DNA of 64,000 nt, from NCBI GenBank assembly GCA_046597055.1, contig JBKJLC010000283.1:25180-89179 (forward strand). Direction: 5' to 3'. Origin of the DNA: Kofleriaceae bacterium. Lineage in GTDB: Bacteria > Myxococcota_A > Polyangia > Haliangiales > Haliangiaceae. The position numbers and the translations under genes are program-made. The notes under the pieces were generated by a model. It was not told the DNA's origin. It saw only the letters and a program-made list of their open reading frames with translations, and made no database searches. Position 1 is the stretch's first letter. The number at the start of each line of letters is the position of its first letter. This document shows, in pieces, positions 47,797 through 57,918 of this stretch.

Positions 47797-50700
47797 CTAC
47801 CTCAGCGCATCCCAGTTCGCGTTCGGCCAGGTCCGCTCGCCCCAGTTGATCAGGCTGGTGAGTGCCGTGGAGGAGACCCCGAGCTCGCGGAACTTCGGGA
47901 TGACGCGGTACGTGTTGCGACCCTGCAGGGCATCGAGACCGAACGGGTCGGTTCTGGACGACGGATCGAAGCAGCTGTTGCAGAGACTGAAGTCAGTGCT
48001 GTCACGAGGCTGCACTCGACGGTTCTGCGTGGCGTTCGCCCAGTCCTCGGCAGTCGCGTTGTCGGCGTCCGCCACGAAGTCCTCGATCATCGCCTGGGCC
48101 AGGTGTCGCCAGAGCGGCTGGCTGACCGCGCTCTGCGTGGCGGTATCGCCGAACCGCGAGCTGTAATAGATGTAGGGCTGTGCCGTCCGGAGATCGAGCC
48201 CTGCCTCGACGCCGTACTCGCCATTCGTCTGCAGCTGGCGTTGCTTGATCAGGGTCGCCCAGAAGCGATAGCCCTGATCGATGTCCGACTTCTCCTGCAG
48301 GATCTCGACGTGGCTGTAGGTATAGGCGAAGTGACTGGGCATGGTGACGCGATAGCCCGGGTTGAGCATCATGTTGAGGTGGTACCAGGCGTTCGTCTCC
48401 GTCACGCCGGACACCTCGTTCTGGCCGAGGAAATGCCTGGAGTTGTGGCTCACGAAGTGAGGGGGACGGTCGAAGACGTTGCGGCCTTCGACGACCCAAC
48501 CCCGGGCCTCGCTCGCGTCGACGCAGCGTCCGCTGGAGCAGACCGGAGTGGTCATCCTGCTGCCCTCGGTCTCGAGGTTGTTGCTGTGGATGACCTCCCA
48601 CTGCTTGACGGAGATCCAGGCCGCAAGCCCGCGCTTGGCGTGCTCGAACGGCGCATGCTCGGCGAGGCGGCGGGCGTCGTCGCAGTTGGCCGAGGTGAAG
48701 GTCTTCGGCTTGGGCAACCTGATGGCGTTCAAGACACCGCCATTGAGCCCACGCCACGGCTCGCCGTTGCCAGGGCCGCTGGTGCTGCACGTCATGTCCC
48801 GCTGCAGCCAGCTCTTGACGCGCGAGGTCATCGCGCCGAGGTTCTGCGGCGAGGGATTGGCGCGAGCCGCGTCGTAGAGAGCGGTGTAGTACGGCTTTCC
48901 TACGCTCGTTCCGCTGGCGTCGGCCCGGATGGCCGAGGCCGCCGTGTTGAACGCATCATCCGGATGGATGATGGGCAGCCACTGATTCCACTCCGGCATG
49001 GGCAGCGAAATAGGCAGCTGACGCAGGTTGAGCTTGCCGTAGCGGTCGACCACCTGGCGCACCGCCGTGAGCGAGTCCCCGCCTGGGAAGAGGTAGGGAG
49101 CCATCGCGCGGTCGCTGGCGAGAATCGCGTCGACGCCCGCACCCGCGGCCCACTCGTAGGCAGGTCGCGCATCGAGGCCGGGGCCGGGCTGGTAGGTCGG
49201 ATTCCAGGGCCGTGCCGCGCGCACCACCGGTAGCCCCAGGCTGCGGATGTACGAGGCGATGCGGCCGCCCTCCTGTCTCGACAGGCCATGGAAGGACGAG
49301 CGCTCGATGATGGAGCGGTTCGAGAAGTTGAAGTACGCGAGGTCGCGTCCGTTGGCCGCGTGACAGTCGGCACAGGATGCCACGATGCTGCCGTCGAGCG
49401 CGCCGGCGCGGTTCAGCGCGCCATCCAGGGCATCGACGCCCGGATCGTAAAGCCGACCACGCGCCAGCCACAGGGCCTTGCCGGCGTTGATCTCGGTGAC
49501 GCTGGTCGAGGGCGGCGTCCACGTGGCGGGGTCGTCGCGCAAGAAGGCGGCCTCGGCGAGCACGCGATTGGAGAGCGAGCCATTGCGAAGCAGGTTCAAC
49601 TCGATGATGCGAAAGCCGATGCTCGGGGGGGCCGGGGTCACGTGCTCGAACGTGAGGGTGTTGACACCCGCCACGAGCCCGGTGACCGGCACCGTCAGGC
49701 GCACGGTGCGAAACGCGCCGCCGATGCCGCCGTAGGCGGCCTCGCCACCGATCACCGCGATGCCCGCGTTGCCGACGACGCCCGGGCCCGCCGTGTAGTG
49801 CTTGAGCGCGATGGCGGAGCCGCCGTTGACGCGGACCGTGGCCTTGACCTTCGCGGCATCGGCGTCGAGCCCCTCGTCGTGGTAGCCGCACGAATTGCAG
49901 CGCAGGTAGAGGTGGGTGATGTCGCGGGGGTCGGCGATCCGGAACTGGACGGTCTCGCGGGTTCCAGCAGGTCCCAGGACTTCGATGGGCAGCGGGATGG
50001 TGTCCGTCGTGCCGCCGCACGTGCCCTCGGCGATGCCGCAGCCGCAGACGCCTGGCTCGGTCTTGTTCGGGTCGCTGGTACACAGATCCTTGGCGGTGAC
50101 CTCGGCATGGTCGACGTTCGGACCACCGGTGCTCGTGCTGGCCCGGACCCGGATCGTGTTCGGACCCTGGCGCAGCGACACCACGAGGGCGGTGGTTCGC
50201 CAGGAGGTCCAGCTACCGGTCGGGTCGAACTGCGCCGTAGCTGCGGCCCCCCCGTTGATGGTGACGGCCGCGGGTCGCGCCGAGTTGCCACCATTGGCAA
50301 AGCGCACGGTCAGCGTGTACTGACCAGCCAGCGCCGCGTTGATGTTGTTCCACTCGATCCACGAGCCGTTGTCGCCATAGTCCACGAACCCGGCGCCCGT
50401 GAAGCCCGCATTGTTGGAGGCCACCGTGCAGCCAAGCTGGGCGGTGCGGTTCTCGGCTTCGTAGCGCGGTGAGGTCGTGCTGCCGCAGGTGCCCTCGGCC
50501 TTGCCGCAGCCGCATGCGCCTGGTTCGGTCTTGTTCGGATCGCTCGTACACAGATCCTTGGCGGTGATCTCGGCATGATCGACGTTCGGGCCACCGGCGC
50601 TCGTGCTGGCTCGAACACGGATCGTGTTCGGACCCTGGCGCAGCGAGACCACCAGGGAGGTGGTCCCCCAGGCGGTCCACTCGTCTCCGGTCTGGCCGAA

Positions 50701-51078
50701 GCCGACGGTGCTTGCGGTGGCACCATTGACGCTCACGGTCGCGGGCCGATCGGCACTGCGGCCGTTGGCGTATCGCAGGGTCAGGGTGTACTGGCCGGCC
50801 AGCGCAGCGTTGATGTTGTTCCACTCGATCCAGGTGCCGTTGTCGCCAAAGTCGACAAAACCCGAGCCGGTGAAGCCCGCATAGTTGGATGCCACCGCCG
50901 TGCCGCTCTGGCCGGTGCGGTTCTCGGCCTCGTGGCGGACGGCCCCCGCGGCCAGCTGGCTGACTTCATCGCTGTCGTCACCTGTGTCCCCGTCATCGAC
51001 GTCGTCGATACAAGCGGCGAAGCTCAGAACGGCGCCAAGCGCCAGAAGTCGACATCCAACAGAGCTCGAGCGGCGCAT
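47797..51078 (-). CDS. Lipoprotein with two CBM35/CBM6-like modules, Cys-rich linkers and a CxxCH-containing domain of unknown function
   Basis: Lipobox FAAC; two (H/Y)EAEN...GFTG.GFVD...GPNVD repeats; DLCTSDPNKTEPG.CGCG twice; CADCH. GAGGAG RBS. Confidence 0.82.
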   Translation of the reverse strand: MRRSSSVGCRLLALGAVLSFAACIDDVDDGDTGDDSDEVSQLAAGAVRHEAENRTGQSGTAVASNYAGFTGSGFVDFGDNGTWIEWNNINAALAGQYTLTLRYANGRSADRPATVSVNGATASTVGFGQTGDEWTAWGTTSLVVSLRQGPNTIRVRASTSAGGPNVDHAEITAKDLCTSDPNKTEPGACGCGKAEGTCGSTTSPRYEAENRTAQLGCTVASNNAGFTGAGFVDYGDNGSWIEWNNINAALAGQYTLTVRFANGGNSARPAAVTINGGAAATAQFDPTGSWTSWRTTALVVSLRQGPNTIRVRASTSTGGPNVDHAEVTAKDLCTSDPNKTEPGVCGCGIAEGTCGGTTDTIPLPIEVLGPAGTRETVQFRIADPRDITHLYLRCNSCGYHDEGLDADAAKVKATVRVNGGSAIALKHYTAGPGVVGNAGIAVIGGEAAYGGIGGAFRTVRLTVPVTGLVAGVNTLTFEHVTPAPPSIGFRIIELNLLRNGSLSNRVLAEAAFLRDDPATWTPPSTSVTEINAGKALWLARGRLYDPGVDALDGALNRAGALDGSIVASCADCHAANGRDLAYFNFSNRSIIERSSFHGLSRQEGGRIASYIRSLGLPVVRAARPWNPTYQPGPGLDARPAYEWAAGAGVDAILASDRAMAPYLFPGGDSLTAVRQVVDRYGKLNLRQLPISLPMPEWNQWLPIIHPDDAFNTAASAIRADASGTSVGKPYYTALYDAARANPSPQNLGAMTSRVKSWLQRDMTCSTSGPGNGEPWRGLNGGVLNAIRLPKPKTFTSANCDDARRLAEHAPFEHAKRGLAAWISVKQWEVIHSNNLETEGSRMTTPVCSSGRCVDASEARGWVVEGRNVFDRPPHFVSHNSRHFLGQNEVSGVTETNAWYHLNMMLNPGYRVTMPSHFAYTYSHVEILQEKSDIDQGYRFWATLIKQRQLQTNGEYGVEAGLDLRTAQPYIYYSSRFGDTATQSAVSQPLWRHLAQAMIEDFVADADNATAEDWANATQNRRVQPRDSTDFSLCNSCFDPSSRTDPFGLDALQGRNTYRVIPKFRELGVSSTALTSLINWGERTWPNANWDALR

Positions 51079-51518
51079 GGAAACTCCTCAAGGAACGACA
51101 GTGATCCCGCGTACGCCGCCATAGCAGGAGGCGTTCCACAGCTGTCCTGCCACTCGAGGAGTGGTGCGCCCGTGTGCGCTCGAAGGTGCCCACACTGGCG
51201 TACTGCCAGTCGATGGCTCATCTCCGTGGGGCGACCTTTCCCTGTGCGGTGCGCCGGTGCGGGCGCTTTTGCCCCGCTTCTCGTGTCGTTACGAATACAC
51301 CTACACGCCCCCATGCACCGACGCTGTGCGATCGGTCGGTCCTCCCCGTCGTTCTCGGGCGTTCGGTGCGGGAGGTGTCGTCAGCAAGCGCTCGCGCGCT
51401 AGCGGGGACGTGGAGCCTCAGCTGGGTGGGGGAGTCGCCACCGGGCTCTTGTGCGTGCTGCTGCTACCACAGCCACCATGGGCTCCTCGGTCGTGGGCCC
51501 GCGCCGCCCGGGTCAGGC

Positions 51519-53060
51519 TCACGGGCAGTCCAGGTAGACGAACCGCCCGCGTACGGCGCCGCCGTCAGGATCCGAGGCCGACGCCGAGGTGTCGTTCCAG
51601 GCGATCAGGAACGCGTCGGCGCCGAACGCGGCGATGCTCGGCAGCTGCTGGACGCCCGCGGTGGTGGTATTGACCCGACCGGGGGCCCCGCACGGCCGCC
51701 CGTCCCCGGCGAACGCGCGCAGGTAGATGTCGACGTCGTCGCTGGCCGGATCGCCGTCGGCCCAGACCACCCCGATCACGCCATCGGCGCGGATGGTCAC
51801 GGCCGAGGTCGCGACCTCGCCAAAGGCGTCGGAGCGGGCCGTGCGCGCGACCTCGATCGGCGGGCCCAGCGCCGCGCCCGCCGGGTCGAGCCGCTGCAGC
51901 AGCCACGGGTGGTCGGCCAGGCCGCTGTCATCCCAGTACGTGACGGCGTAGCCGGCGCGGCCGCCGGCGACGCGGGGTGCCCGCGGCGTGCCGGTCGCGA
52001 CGATCGGCGTCGCGCCGGCCCGGGGTCGGAGCGCGGGATCGAAGCCACGCGCGAGCAGCCGCGGGACCGCCGTGGTGGTGTCCTCCCAGACCACGAGCGC
52101 GCCGTCGGGCCCGGCCGCGACCTGGGGCGCGTTGTGCCCGGTCCCGCCGGCCGCGACCACCACCGGCGTGCCGGCCACGTCGGCCGCGGCGTCGACGCGC
52201 GCCAACCGCAGCTCGCCGGCGTACTCGTCGAAGGGATCGGTCGGCTCCTGCCACACCACGACCCAGCCACCGGGGACCGCGGCGGCCCGCGGAAAGCGCC
52301 GGGTGACCTGGTCGGCGGGCACCAGCAGCTGGGGGCTGCGCGCGCCGCCGGCGGCGTCGATCGCCGACCACCATATCCGGGTCGGCGCCGACCCGCTGAC
52401 CGGCCGCTCCCACGCGGCCAGATAGGCGCCGCCGATGTCGGCGCCGCCGGCGACGATGACCGGCGCGCCCGCGACCTGATCGGGCGCGTCGTCGACCGGA
52501 AAGTCGAGCTCGGTCCGGGTGGTCGCGTTGAAGGCGGGCACGCCGTCGGCGCCGACCAGGCGGCCGCGGAGCTCGCCCCTGCTGATGAACACGGCGATCG
52601 CGCGGCCATCGGCGCCGACCGCGAGCCCGCTGCCTGCCTGCGCGGCGTGATCAGCGTCGATGAGCAGCTGATCGCCGCGGAGGGTCGAGTTGATCGGCAC
52701 GTCGGCCGGCTCGAGCACGAGGCGCGCGCTGGACGCGTCGGACGCGACGACCTCGACCGCGCCCAGCGCGACCAGGGCGCCTACGTCATCAACACCGCGG
52801 CCACCGATCGAGAGCGCCCCGCTGCGGCCGTCGGTCGCGACCACGAAGCTGGCCGGCAGCGCGACGCCGGTCAGGGCGAAGGTGGTGCCCCCTTCCTGTC
52901 CGGACTCGTCGCGCACGGTCACCTCGAGCGTGTCGATCGGCGCGACCGTGGGGCGGGCCTCCACCGTGACCACCACGTGGGGCGGCGTGCATGCCACCAG
53001 GCACACCAGCGGCGCGACGCGGAGCCACATCCGCATCATGGTACGCGAGGACGCTGGCAC
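51519..53060 (-). CDS. Hypothetical lipoprotein with a repetitive beta-rich region
   Basis: Lipobox LVAC, repeated VVW/RVNTTTAG-type motifs, and TAGGAC 6 nt before the GTG. Confidence 0.7.
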   Translation of the reverse strand: MPASSRTMMRMWLRVAPLVCLVACTPPHVVVTVEARPTVAPIDTLEVTVRDESGQEGGTTFALTGVALPASFVVATDGRSGALSIGGRGVDDVGALVALGAVEVVASDASSARLVLEPADVPINSTLRGDQLLIDADHAAQAGSGLAVGADGRAIAVFISRGELRGRLVGADGVPAFNATTRTELDFPVDDAPDQVAGAPVIVAGGADIGGAYLAAWERPVSGSAPTRIWWSAIDAAGGARSPQLLVPADQVTRRFPRAAAVPGGWVVVWQEPTDPFDEYAGELRLARVDAAADVAGTPVVVAAGGTGHNAPQVAAGPDGALVVWEDTTTAVPRLLARGFDPALRPRAGATPIVATGTPRAPRVAGGRAGYAVTYWDDSGLADHPWLLQRLDPAGAALGPPIEVARTARSDAFGEVATSAVTIRADGVIGVVWADGDPASDDVDIYLRAFAGDGRPCGAPGRVNTTTAGVQQLPSIAAFGADAFLIAWNDTSASASDPDGGAVRGRFVYLDCP

Positions 53061-53146
53061 CGGCCCGTCCTACCTGGGGCCGTGTTGCCGTGACGCCGTG
53101 ACCTCGTCGCCCGCGCCAGCCACCCGGCCGGGGCGGCTTCACTTTC

Positions 53147-54178
53147 TCAGCGCCGGCGTTCGAGGTCGGCCCAGACGCAGTAGTGATCGCTGCCGCGGCG
53201 CGACCCGACCGTGAAGGCCAAGAAGCGCAACTCGGGTCCGGCCAGGATGCGGTCGATGCGCATCCACGCGAACCGCTTGTGGGCCGGGAACGTGTAGCCG
53301 AGCCCACGGCCGACCGCCGCGAAGCCGTCCTGGTAGCGGCCCAGGGTGTCGGCGAAGATCCCGCTGCCCTCCGGCAGGTTGGTGTCGCCGGCGATGATGA
53401 CCGGGTGCCGCGCGGCCCGGGCCATCCGCACGATCGTGTGGGCCTGGGCGCGGCGGAGCTCGGTGTTCTTCACCAGCGCGCGACCATCGTGCTGCAGCAC
53501 GGCGCCGGACTCGAGCTCGTTGACCAGCCCGGTGCCGCGGATGCTCTCGAAGCCATCGCGCGGCGAGATGGGATGGACGTTGAACAGCTCGATCGTCCCG
53601 AGCGGCGTCGCCAGCGTGTAGTGCATGAAGCGCGGCGACCGGTCGGCGCCCCGGAAGCTGATCTTCGGCGGCTGATCGATCGCCACGATCGGCCAGCGGC
53701 TGGCGACGTAGAACTGCCCGTTGCCCGCGCGCGTGAACCCGACCAGCCCGGCCGTGACCCGATCGCCGGTGTCCGGATCGCCTTCCTGTAGCAGGACGAG
53801 GTCCGGGTTGGCCTCGCTGATCTGCGCGGCGAGGTCGTCGATCGAGCGCCGGCCGCTGTCGATGTTGTAGCTGAGTACGCGCATGCGTGGCGTCCCGGAC
53901 GGGGTCGCCGCGCCGCCGAAGACGACCAGGCCCATGATCGGGAACAGCACGATCAGCGCGGCCACCGCCGGCACCGGGGCGAACCGCCGCGGGCCCACGA
54001 GGGCCAGCAGCACCAGCAGCGGCAGCGCCGGCGCCAGCCCGAGCGCGTGCGGGAGGTACAGCGCGATCGTGGTCGGCCACCAGCTCTCACCGACGAAGCG
54101 CAGCGCGATCCAGTAGCCGGTGACCCCCGCGAGGTATCCCCAGGCCGACACCGCCGCCAGCCGGCGCAGGAAGGTCAC
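53147..54178 (-). CDS. Membrane-anchored endonuclease/exonuclease/phosphatase (EEP) family protein
   Basis: Three TM helices, VLSYNI, PDLVLLQE, IAGDTN, RIDRIL and GSDH. Confidence 0.9.
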   Translation of the reverse strand: MTFLRRLAAVSAWGYLAGVTGYWIALRFVGESWWPTTIALYLPHALGLAPALPLLVLLALVGPRRFAPVPAVAALIVLFPIMGLVVFGGAATPSGTPRMRVLSYNIDSGRRSIDDLAAQISEANPDLVLLQEGDPDTGDRVTAGLVGFTRAGNGQFYVASRWPIVAIDQPPKISFRGADRSPRFMHYTLATPLGTIELFNVHPISPRDGFESIRGTGLVNELESGAVLQHDGRALVKNTELRRAQAHTIVRMARAARHPVIIAGDTNLPEGSGIFADTLGRYQDGFAAVGRGLGYTFPAHKRFAWMRIDRILAGPELRFLAFTVGSRRGSDHYCVWADLERRR

Positions 54179-54315
54179 GACCGCACCACCTCGGTCCGGG
54201 GTGGGCGACGATCCGCGGACCCGCGGATCACGAACGAAACGAGCTCACCGACGCGCATGACGGCCGGAGTATGGCGATCGCCGCTCGGCGCGTCCACGCG
54301 TGCCGGCCCACCGCC

Positions 54316-54642
54316 TCAGAACGTCGGTGCGCCGGTCGGCGGCGGCGGGCCCGCCGGCGCTGCGGCCGGCGGGGCCGCCGGCGTCCACGTGATGTATGTC
54401 TGCGCCTCCGGCAGGTTGGCCGCGAGCCGGTCACATGGGATGCCACTCATGCCGACGCCGTCGGAGGTCGTGGTCACCAGGTGACAGCTCTCGCTCATCC
54501 GATCGATCAGGTATCCGGTCGAGTCGGTCACCCGGATAAGCACGATCTGCTTCGAGTTTTGCCGTGAGTTGACCATGGTGGGCCGCGCACATGCGGCGCC
54601 CAGTGCGGCCACGAGCAAGACTGAGCCGAGTCCGGTACGCAT
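54316..54642 (-). CDS. Small hypothetical lipoprotein
   Basis: Lipobox LGAAC, Pro/Ala tail, and TGtTAGCGT 6 nt before the ATG. Confidence 0.7.
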   Translation of the reverse strand: MRTGLGSVLLVAALGAACARPTMVNSRQNSKQIVLIRVTDSTGYLIDRMSESCHLVTTTSDGVGMSGIPCDRLAANLPEAQTYITWTPAAPPAAAPAGPPPPTGAPTF

Positions 54643-54695
54643 CGGCGCACGCTAACACACGCTGCGCCACCCGGGGCCGGTCCCCGATCCGCCGA

Positions 54696-56669
54696 TCAGG
54701 TCGTCTGGCCGTTCAGGACGCGCTGGCACCAGCGGTGAAGGAGGCGGCGCTTGCCGTCCGACAGCTCGCGGGTGATCGGCATGTAGAGCGTGGAGTCCCA
54801 CGCCGAGGCATCAGTGAGGAGGATCAGCATCTGCGCGGCGCGCTCGCAGGCGGCCTGGCTGTCGAGCGGCAGGTGCGCGTCCATGGTCGGGTACATCTTG
54901 TGGTAGTAGCGAAGCACCTTGTCGTAGACGACGTCCCACGTGAGCTGATCGTCGGGGATGGCGTCGAGGTCGGCGTCGCTGGGCAGGACGCGGACGTGGA
55001 CGAAGGTCAGCCAGGTCCACGCCGGCGCGAAGCCGTTCAGGTCGGGCGGCGGTGGCGGCGCGCCGTCGGGGGTGAACAGCAGGATGCACAGGCCGGGGTC
55101 GACCCCGGTCAGCGTCAGGCGCAGGTTGCCCGCCGCGTCGGTGAGGCCGCCCTGCGGGCTCACGGTGACCACCGGCTCGGCCTGGGCCGGGACTGGCAGG
55201 GTCAGCTTCGCCGGCAGCGGCTGGGTGCCGTCGGGCGGCGGCGGGCTCAGCTGCTCGAGCGAGCGGTACTGTGCGACCGCCACCGCGACGGGCTTGCCGG
55301 GCGCCACGCCCCGCGCGCGCAGGTTGACCGTGATCGTCGTCGACGCGCCGAGCGTCAGGTAGGTCGCGCGATCATCGCTCTCGGCGAGCAGCGGGACCTC
55401 GGCGACCAGCGGGCCGGGCGTGGTGCCCTTCGCGAACGGCGCCTGCGGCGCGCTGATCTGCAGCGTGCCGCTCGTGATCGTCGGGCCCAGCCCGGCCGGC
55501 ACCGGGATCTCGACGATGCCGCCGCCGGCGAGATAGGTCGCCTGGTCATACGGCACCGGGCCGACGTCGTGGATGGTGCCGTCGGTGGCGACCACCTGCA
55601 GGGTCGCGGGCCCGACGTCGAGCTTCTGGATCGCGCTCGGGTCGGGCGTCGGATCGGGACTGGGCGGCGTCGGCTGGATGATGTCGCGAAACGCGGCGAT
55701 CAGATCCATCGCGACGTGCGCGCCGGTGGCGTCGAGCGCGGCGGTCGCCGGTGCCAGGTTGAAGACGTCCACGAACATGTCGGGCAGCGGGCTCTGCAGG
55801 GTCGCCACCGGGTCGAGCCGGCGACCGACGGGCACCGTGCCCCACTCGCCGGGCAGCCACGGCGCGATCGTGCCCAGCACCACGCCGGCCGACTCGTTCT
55901 GCACGGTCTGGCCCTGCGCGAACAGCTGGGCCAGCTGGGGATCGGTGTACTTGCGGTTGAAGAAGTAGGTCCCGAACCGGACCACCAGGCCGAGCCCGGC
56001 GTTGGCCGCGGCCGCCAGCGCGGTCAGCGCCGGCGACGACGAGCCGGTGATGGCGAGCGCGCCGTTGGGCAGGGCCAGCTGCCAGGTCGCCGCGAAGGTC
56101 GCGTCGGGGAACATGGCCACGTTGCGGAACTGATCGAGCCAGTGCGAGTGCGTGCGCGGGATCGCGACCTGGTCGTTCGACTCGGCGACCAGGCTGGCCC
56201 CGGCCGCGCCGCCCGCGCCGACCGCAAAATACGGGACGAACATCTGCGACGCGAAGTCGCTGGTCGGGTCGATGTCGACGATGATCGGATTGCCGCGGGT
56301 GTCGCCCCACAGGTTGCCACCGATGGTGACCGGCTGGCCGATCACCGGATCGCCCGAGGTCACCCGACCGCCTCCGGGCGGGTCGTACCCGGTCACGACC
56401 GCGTTGCGCCACACCGCGCTGTTGTCGCCGTACAGGTTCCAGTTGCCCTCGAGCACCTGGACCAGACCCTCGTGGATGATCCCCAGGTTCAGCAGTACCA
56501 GGGTCTTCATCGCCTGGCGGAACTGGTCGTCGGCCATCGCCAGAAACTTGGGGTAGAGCGTGGCCTGCTGCGGCTCGACCACGAGGTCCCAGTTGTTGTT
56601 GTTGGCCGTCGGCGTCGACACCGCCATGGTGCCCATGAAGTGAAGGCGGGGGCGATCGAGCGCGCTCAT
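54696..56669 (-). CDS. VioB/RebD/StaD-related protein lacking the C-terminal ferritin-like domain
   Basis: N-terminus MSALDRPRLHFMG...PTAN recalls VioB MSILDFPRIHFRG...PTAN. C-terminus HVRVLP...VY.KVL.YY..MYP.M...YMPITRELS..K. GGAG RBS. Confidence 0.72.
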   Translation of the reverse strand: MSALDRPRLHFMGTMAVSTPTANNNNWDLVVEPQQATLYPKFLAMADDQFRQAMKTLVLLNLGIIHEGLVQVLEGNWNLYGDNSAVWRNAVVTGYDPPGGGRVTSGDPVIGQPVTIGGNLWGDTRGNPIIVDIDPTSDFASQMFVPYFAVGAGGAAGASLVAESNDQVAIPRTHSHWLDQFRNVAMFPDATFAATWQLALPNGALAITGSSSPALTALAAAANAGLGLVVRFGTYFFNRKYTDPQLAQLFAQGQTVQNESAGVVLGTIAPWLPGEWGTVPVGRRLDPVATLQSPLPDMFVDVFNLAPATAALDATGAHVAMDLIAAFRDIIQPTPPSPDPTPDPSAIQKLDVGPATLQVVATDGTIHDVGPVPYDQATYLAGGGIVEIPVPAGLGPTITSGTLQISAPQAPFAKGTTPGPLVAEVPLLAESDDRATYLTLGASTTITVNLRARGVAPGKPVAVAVAQYRSLEQLSPPPPDGTQPLPAKLTLPVPAQAEPVVTVSPQGGLTDAAGNLRLTLTGVDPGLCILLFTPDGAPPPPPDLNGFAPAWTWLTFVHVRVLPSDADLDAIPDDQLTWDVVYDKVLRYYHKMYPTMDAHLPLDSQAACERAAQMLILLTDASAWDSTLYMPITRELSDGKRRLLHRWCQRVLNGQTT

Positions 56670-56682
56670 CGGATCTCCAGGG

Positions 56683-57870
56683 TCACAGCGACGGATTGAC
56701 GGCTTGCTTGGCCTCGCGCAGCGACCACACCGCGTCGAGGTCGCTGAACTGATCCTTGCCGGGACCGAACGGCGCCCGGTCGGGCTGGCCAGTCGGGCCG
56801 ACCAGGTTGCCGGCCTTCATGTCGAGGAAGGGCAGGCGGGCCACCGACCCGGTCGAGATCGAGGCGCGCGCGTGGCACGTCATGCACGACGAGCTGCGCT
56901 GGAACCGGGTCTCGATCTGGGTGTTGGCGAGCAGGGTCGGCTGGTCGCCGCTGGTGAACGTGGTCTGTACGCCCATCAGCTGGTAGTAGGCGAACGGGGT
57001 GCCAGCGACCGCGGCCTGGAACGTGGCGTTGACCGCGGCCACGGCCGGCTCCATCGGCAAGAGCGCGGTCACCCCGGTGGTGACCGGGTTCTCGCGCTGC
57101 TCGAACGTGATCCAGATCCAGTCGGGCAGGGCCTTCGACGTGATGTGGAGGCCGGTGAGCCCGACCGTGACCTTGAGCGGCGCGCCGCCCCCATCCTGCG
57201 GCAGCATCGCCGGGGCGACCAGGTAGTGGCTCATGCGATCCTTGTCCGCGACCGGATCGAGGATCTTCCACGATGCCTTCATCTCCATCGACGCCGGCGG
57301 GAACTCGACCGGCGCGGCGCCCGCGGTCCGCAGCGCGGCCTGACCGGCCCAGCCGTAGAGCTGCCGGGTGAAGACGTAGCCGAACGTGTCCTGGTTGAGC
57401 AGCACCGTGTAGGCGATCGGGTTGCCGGTCACGTCGACCAGCGTGGTGCCGTCGATCTCGGTGAGCGACAGGATCGGCGCCCCGCGCGGGCCGCCGTCGT
57501 TCCAGGTCGGCGGCTCGGCGCCGCCCGCGAGGTAGACCTCGTGGACCTCCTTCCACGTCTGCCACGTCGCCGGCATGGCCCCGAGCGGACGGCTGGCATC
57601 CGGCACGCCGCGCTCCCCGGCCGTCGCCGGCCAGCTCGTATAGAGGAAGAGATCCCACGCCAGGGTGGCGGTCTGCGTCCCGCCGGCCTTGGCCATCGCG
57701 GCGATCGTGTCGGTGTCAGTCGCGATCGCCGCCAGCTGCGCGAGCGTCGGCGCCGTGCCGCTGCCGCTGCCGCTGCCGCTGCCGCTGCCGCTGCCGCTGC
57801 CGCTGCCGGACCCCGACGAGCACGCGACCGTGACGCAGATCCCAGCCACGGCGATCACTACGGAGCGCAT
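56683..57870 (-). CDS. Lipoprotein monohaem cytochrome c family protein
   Basis: Lipobox TVAC, (SG)n linker, EMKASW, LTGLHITSK..PDWIW.TFEQ, LANTQIET and SSCMTCH. Confidence 0.8.
   Translation of the reverse strand: MRSVVIAVAGICVTVACSSGSGSGSGSGSGSGSGSGSGTAPTLAQLAAIATDTDTIAAMAKAGGTQTATLAWDLFLYTSWPATAGERGVPDASRPLGAMPATWQTWKEVHEVYLAGGAEPPTWNDGGPRGAPILSLTEIDGTTLVDVTGNPIAYTVLLNQDTFGYVFTRQLYGWAGQAALRTAGAAPVEFPPASMEMKASWKILDPVADKDRMSHYLVAPAMLPQDGGGAPLKVTVGLTGLHITSKALPDWIWITFEQRENPVTTGVTALLPMEPAVAAVNATFQAAVAGTPFAYYQLMGVQTTFTSGDQPTLLANTQIETRFQRSSSCMTCHARASISTGSVARLPFLDMKAGNLVGPTGQPDRAPFGPGKDQFSDLDAVWSLREAKQAVNPSL
57757..57808. repeat. Hexamer microsatellite (GCCGCT)x8 plus a partial copy, encoding a Ser-Gly linker
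   Basis: Read directly; in frame within the cytochrome c gene. Confidence 0.95.
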
Positions 57871-57918
57871 GTGATCCCCTTTGATGATGGCCCGACGCTA
57901 GCGCATTATCGGAGGTCG

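Noticed and set aside
54696..56669. Violacein or indolocarbazole biosynthetic cluster
   Set aside because: Only a partial VioB-like protein is present, with no tryptophan oxidase, VioE, P450 or halogenase genes.
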